A DNA stretch of 61,243 nucleotides, the filler included, from Porpidia crustulata (lineage: Eukaryota): assembly GCA_964255105.1 (NCBI GenBank). It is 8 parts of 8 records of this genome, joined end to end, with 100 filler letters (N's around TTAATTAATTAA, not from the genome) between each part and the next. Parts side by side here need not be neighbours in the genome. Positions count along the whole stretch, not along the records: positions 53,687 to 61,243 come from CAXUWE010001294.1; 7 more parts are not named here. One strand, given 5' to 3'. The notes under the pieces are model-generated. The model saw only the letters and a list, made by a program, of their open reading frames with translations. It was not told the DNA's origin and ran no database searches. Both the position numbers and the translations under genes were made by a program. The stretch's first letter is position 1; each line of letters begins with the position of its first letter. Below are positions 61,017 to 61,243 of the stretch, piece by piece.

Positions 61017-61243
61017 CTTTCAAGTGCAAATTTAATGTGCTTAAGTCGATTTTGAACAGAGTTGGGCTTGGGATTTTTGATGTTGTAGAAGATATATGAA
61101 GAGAATGGAAGGTCGCCTGTGAAAGCGCCCCTTGACGGTCATCTCGGTTCCCACATTCACACCACCTCACATAAAAACAAACTCCGCGCACTTTAATCAA
61201 TTGACCAATCTCTCCCTTATCCCTCATTCCCCCTCTTCCTTCC

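Overview
Eukaryotic, intron-rich DNA from a filamentous ascomycete (Pezizomycotina-type genes, GT-AG introns with CTRAY branch points). The window is not one locus. It consists of eight unrelated contigs of about 7.56-7.58 kb, ordered by decreasing length and joined by 100-nt N/TTAATTAATTAA spacers, so gene neighbourhood is only meaningful within a segment. Most genes are housekeeping: LAA1/HEATR5, TACO1/YebC, Rho4, LCB3, phytase, NMD3, ATP25, MT-A70 methyltransferase, LEU5 carrier, BTB proteins, an SDR with a DUF3425 bZIP factor, FAHD1, eIF4A, F-box/JmjC and Ctr2. The most interesting region is segment 5. There a 60-aa secreted, non-repetitive peptide ending ...SPGPWF lies convergent with an intact DUF3328/UstYa oxidase, divergent from a PTH11-like GPCR, and next to a decayed P450. 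This is a candidate single-core fungal RiPP (dikaritin-like) or peptide-signalling locus. Also notable: a 403-bp MITE whose 82-bp TIRs carry telomeric repeats, a second MITE, in-frame alternative splice acceptors in Ctr2 that would toggle a dileucine vacuolar-sorting motif, and a HeLo-like domain fused to two transmembrane helices. All calls come from reading the sequence by eye; no searches were run.
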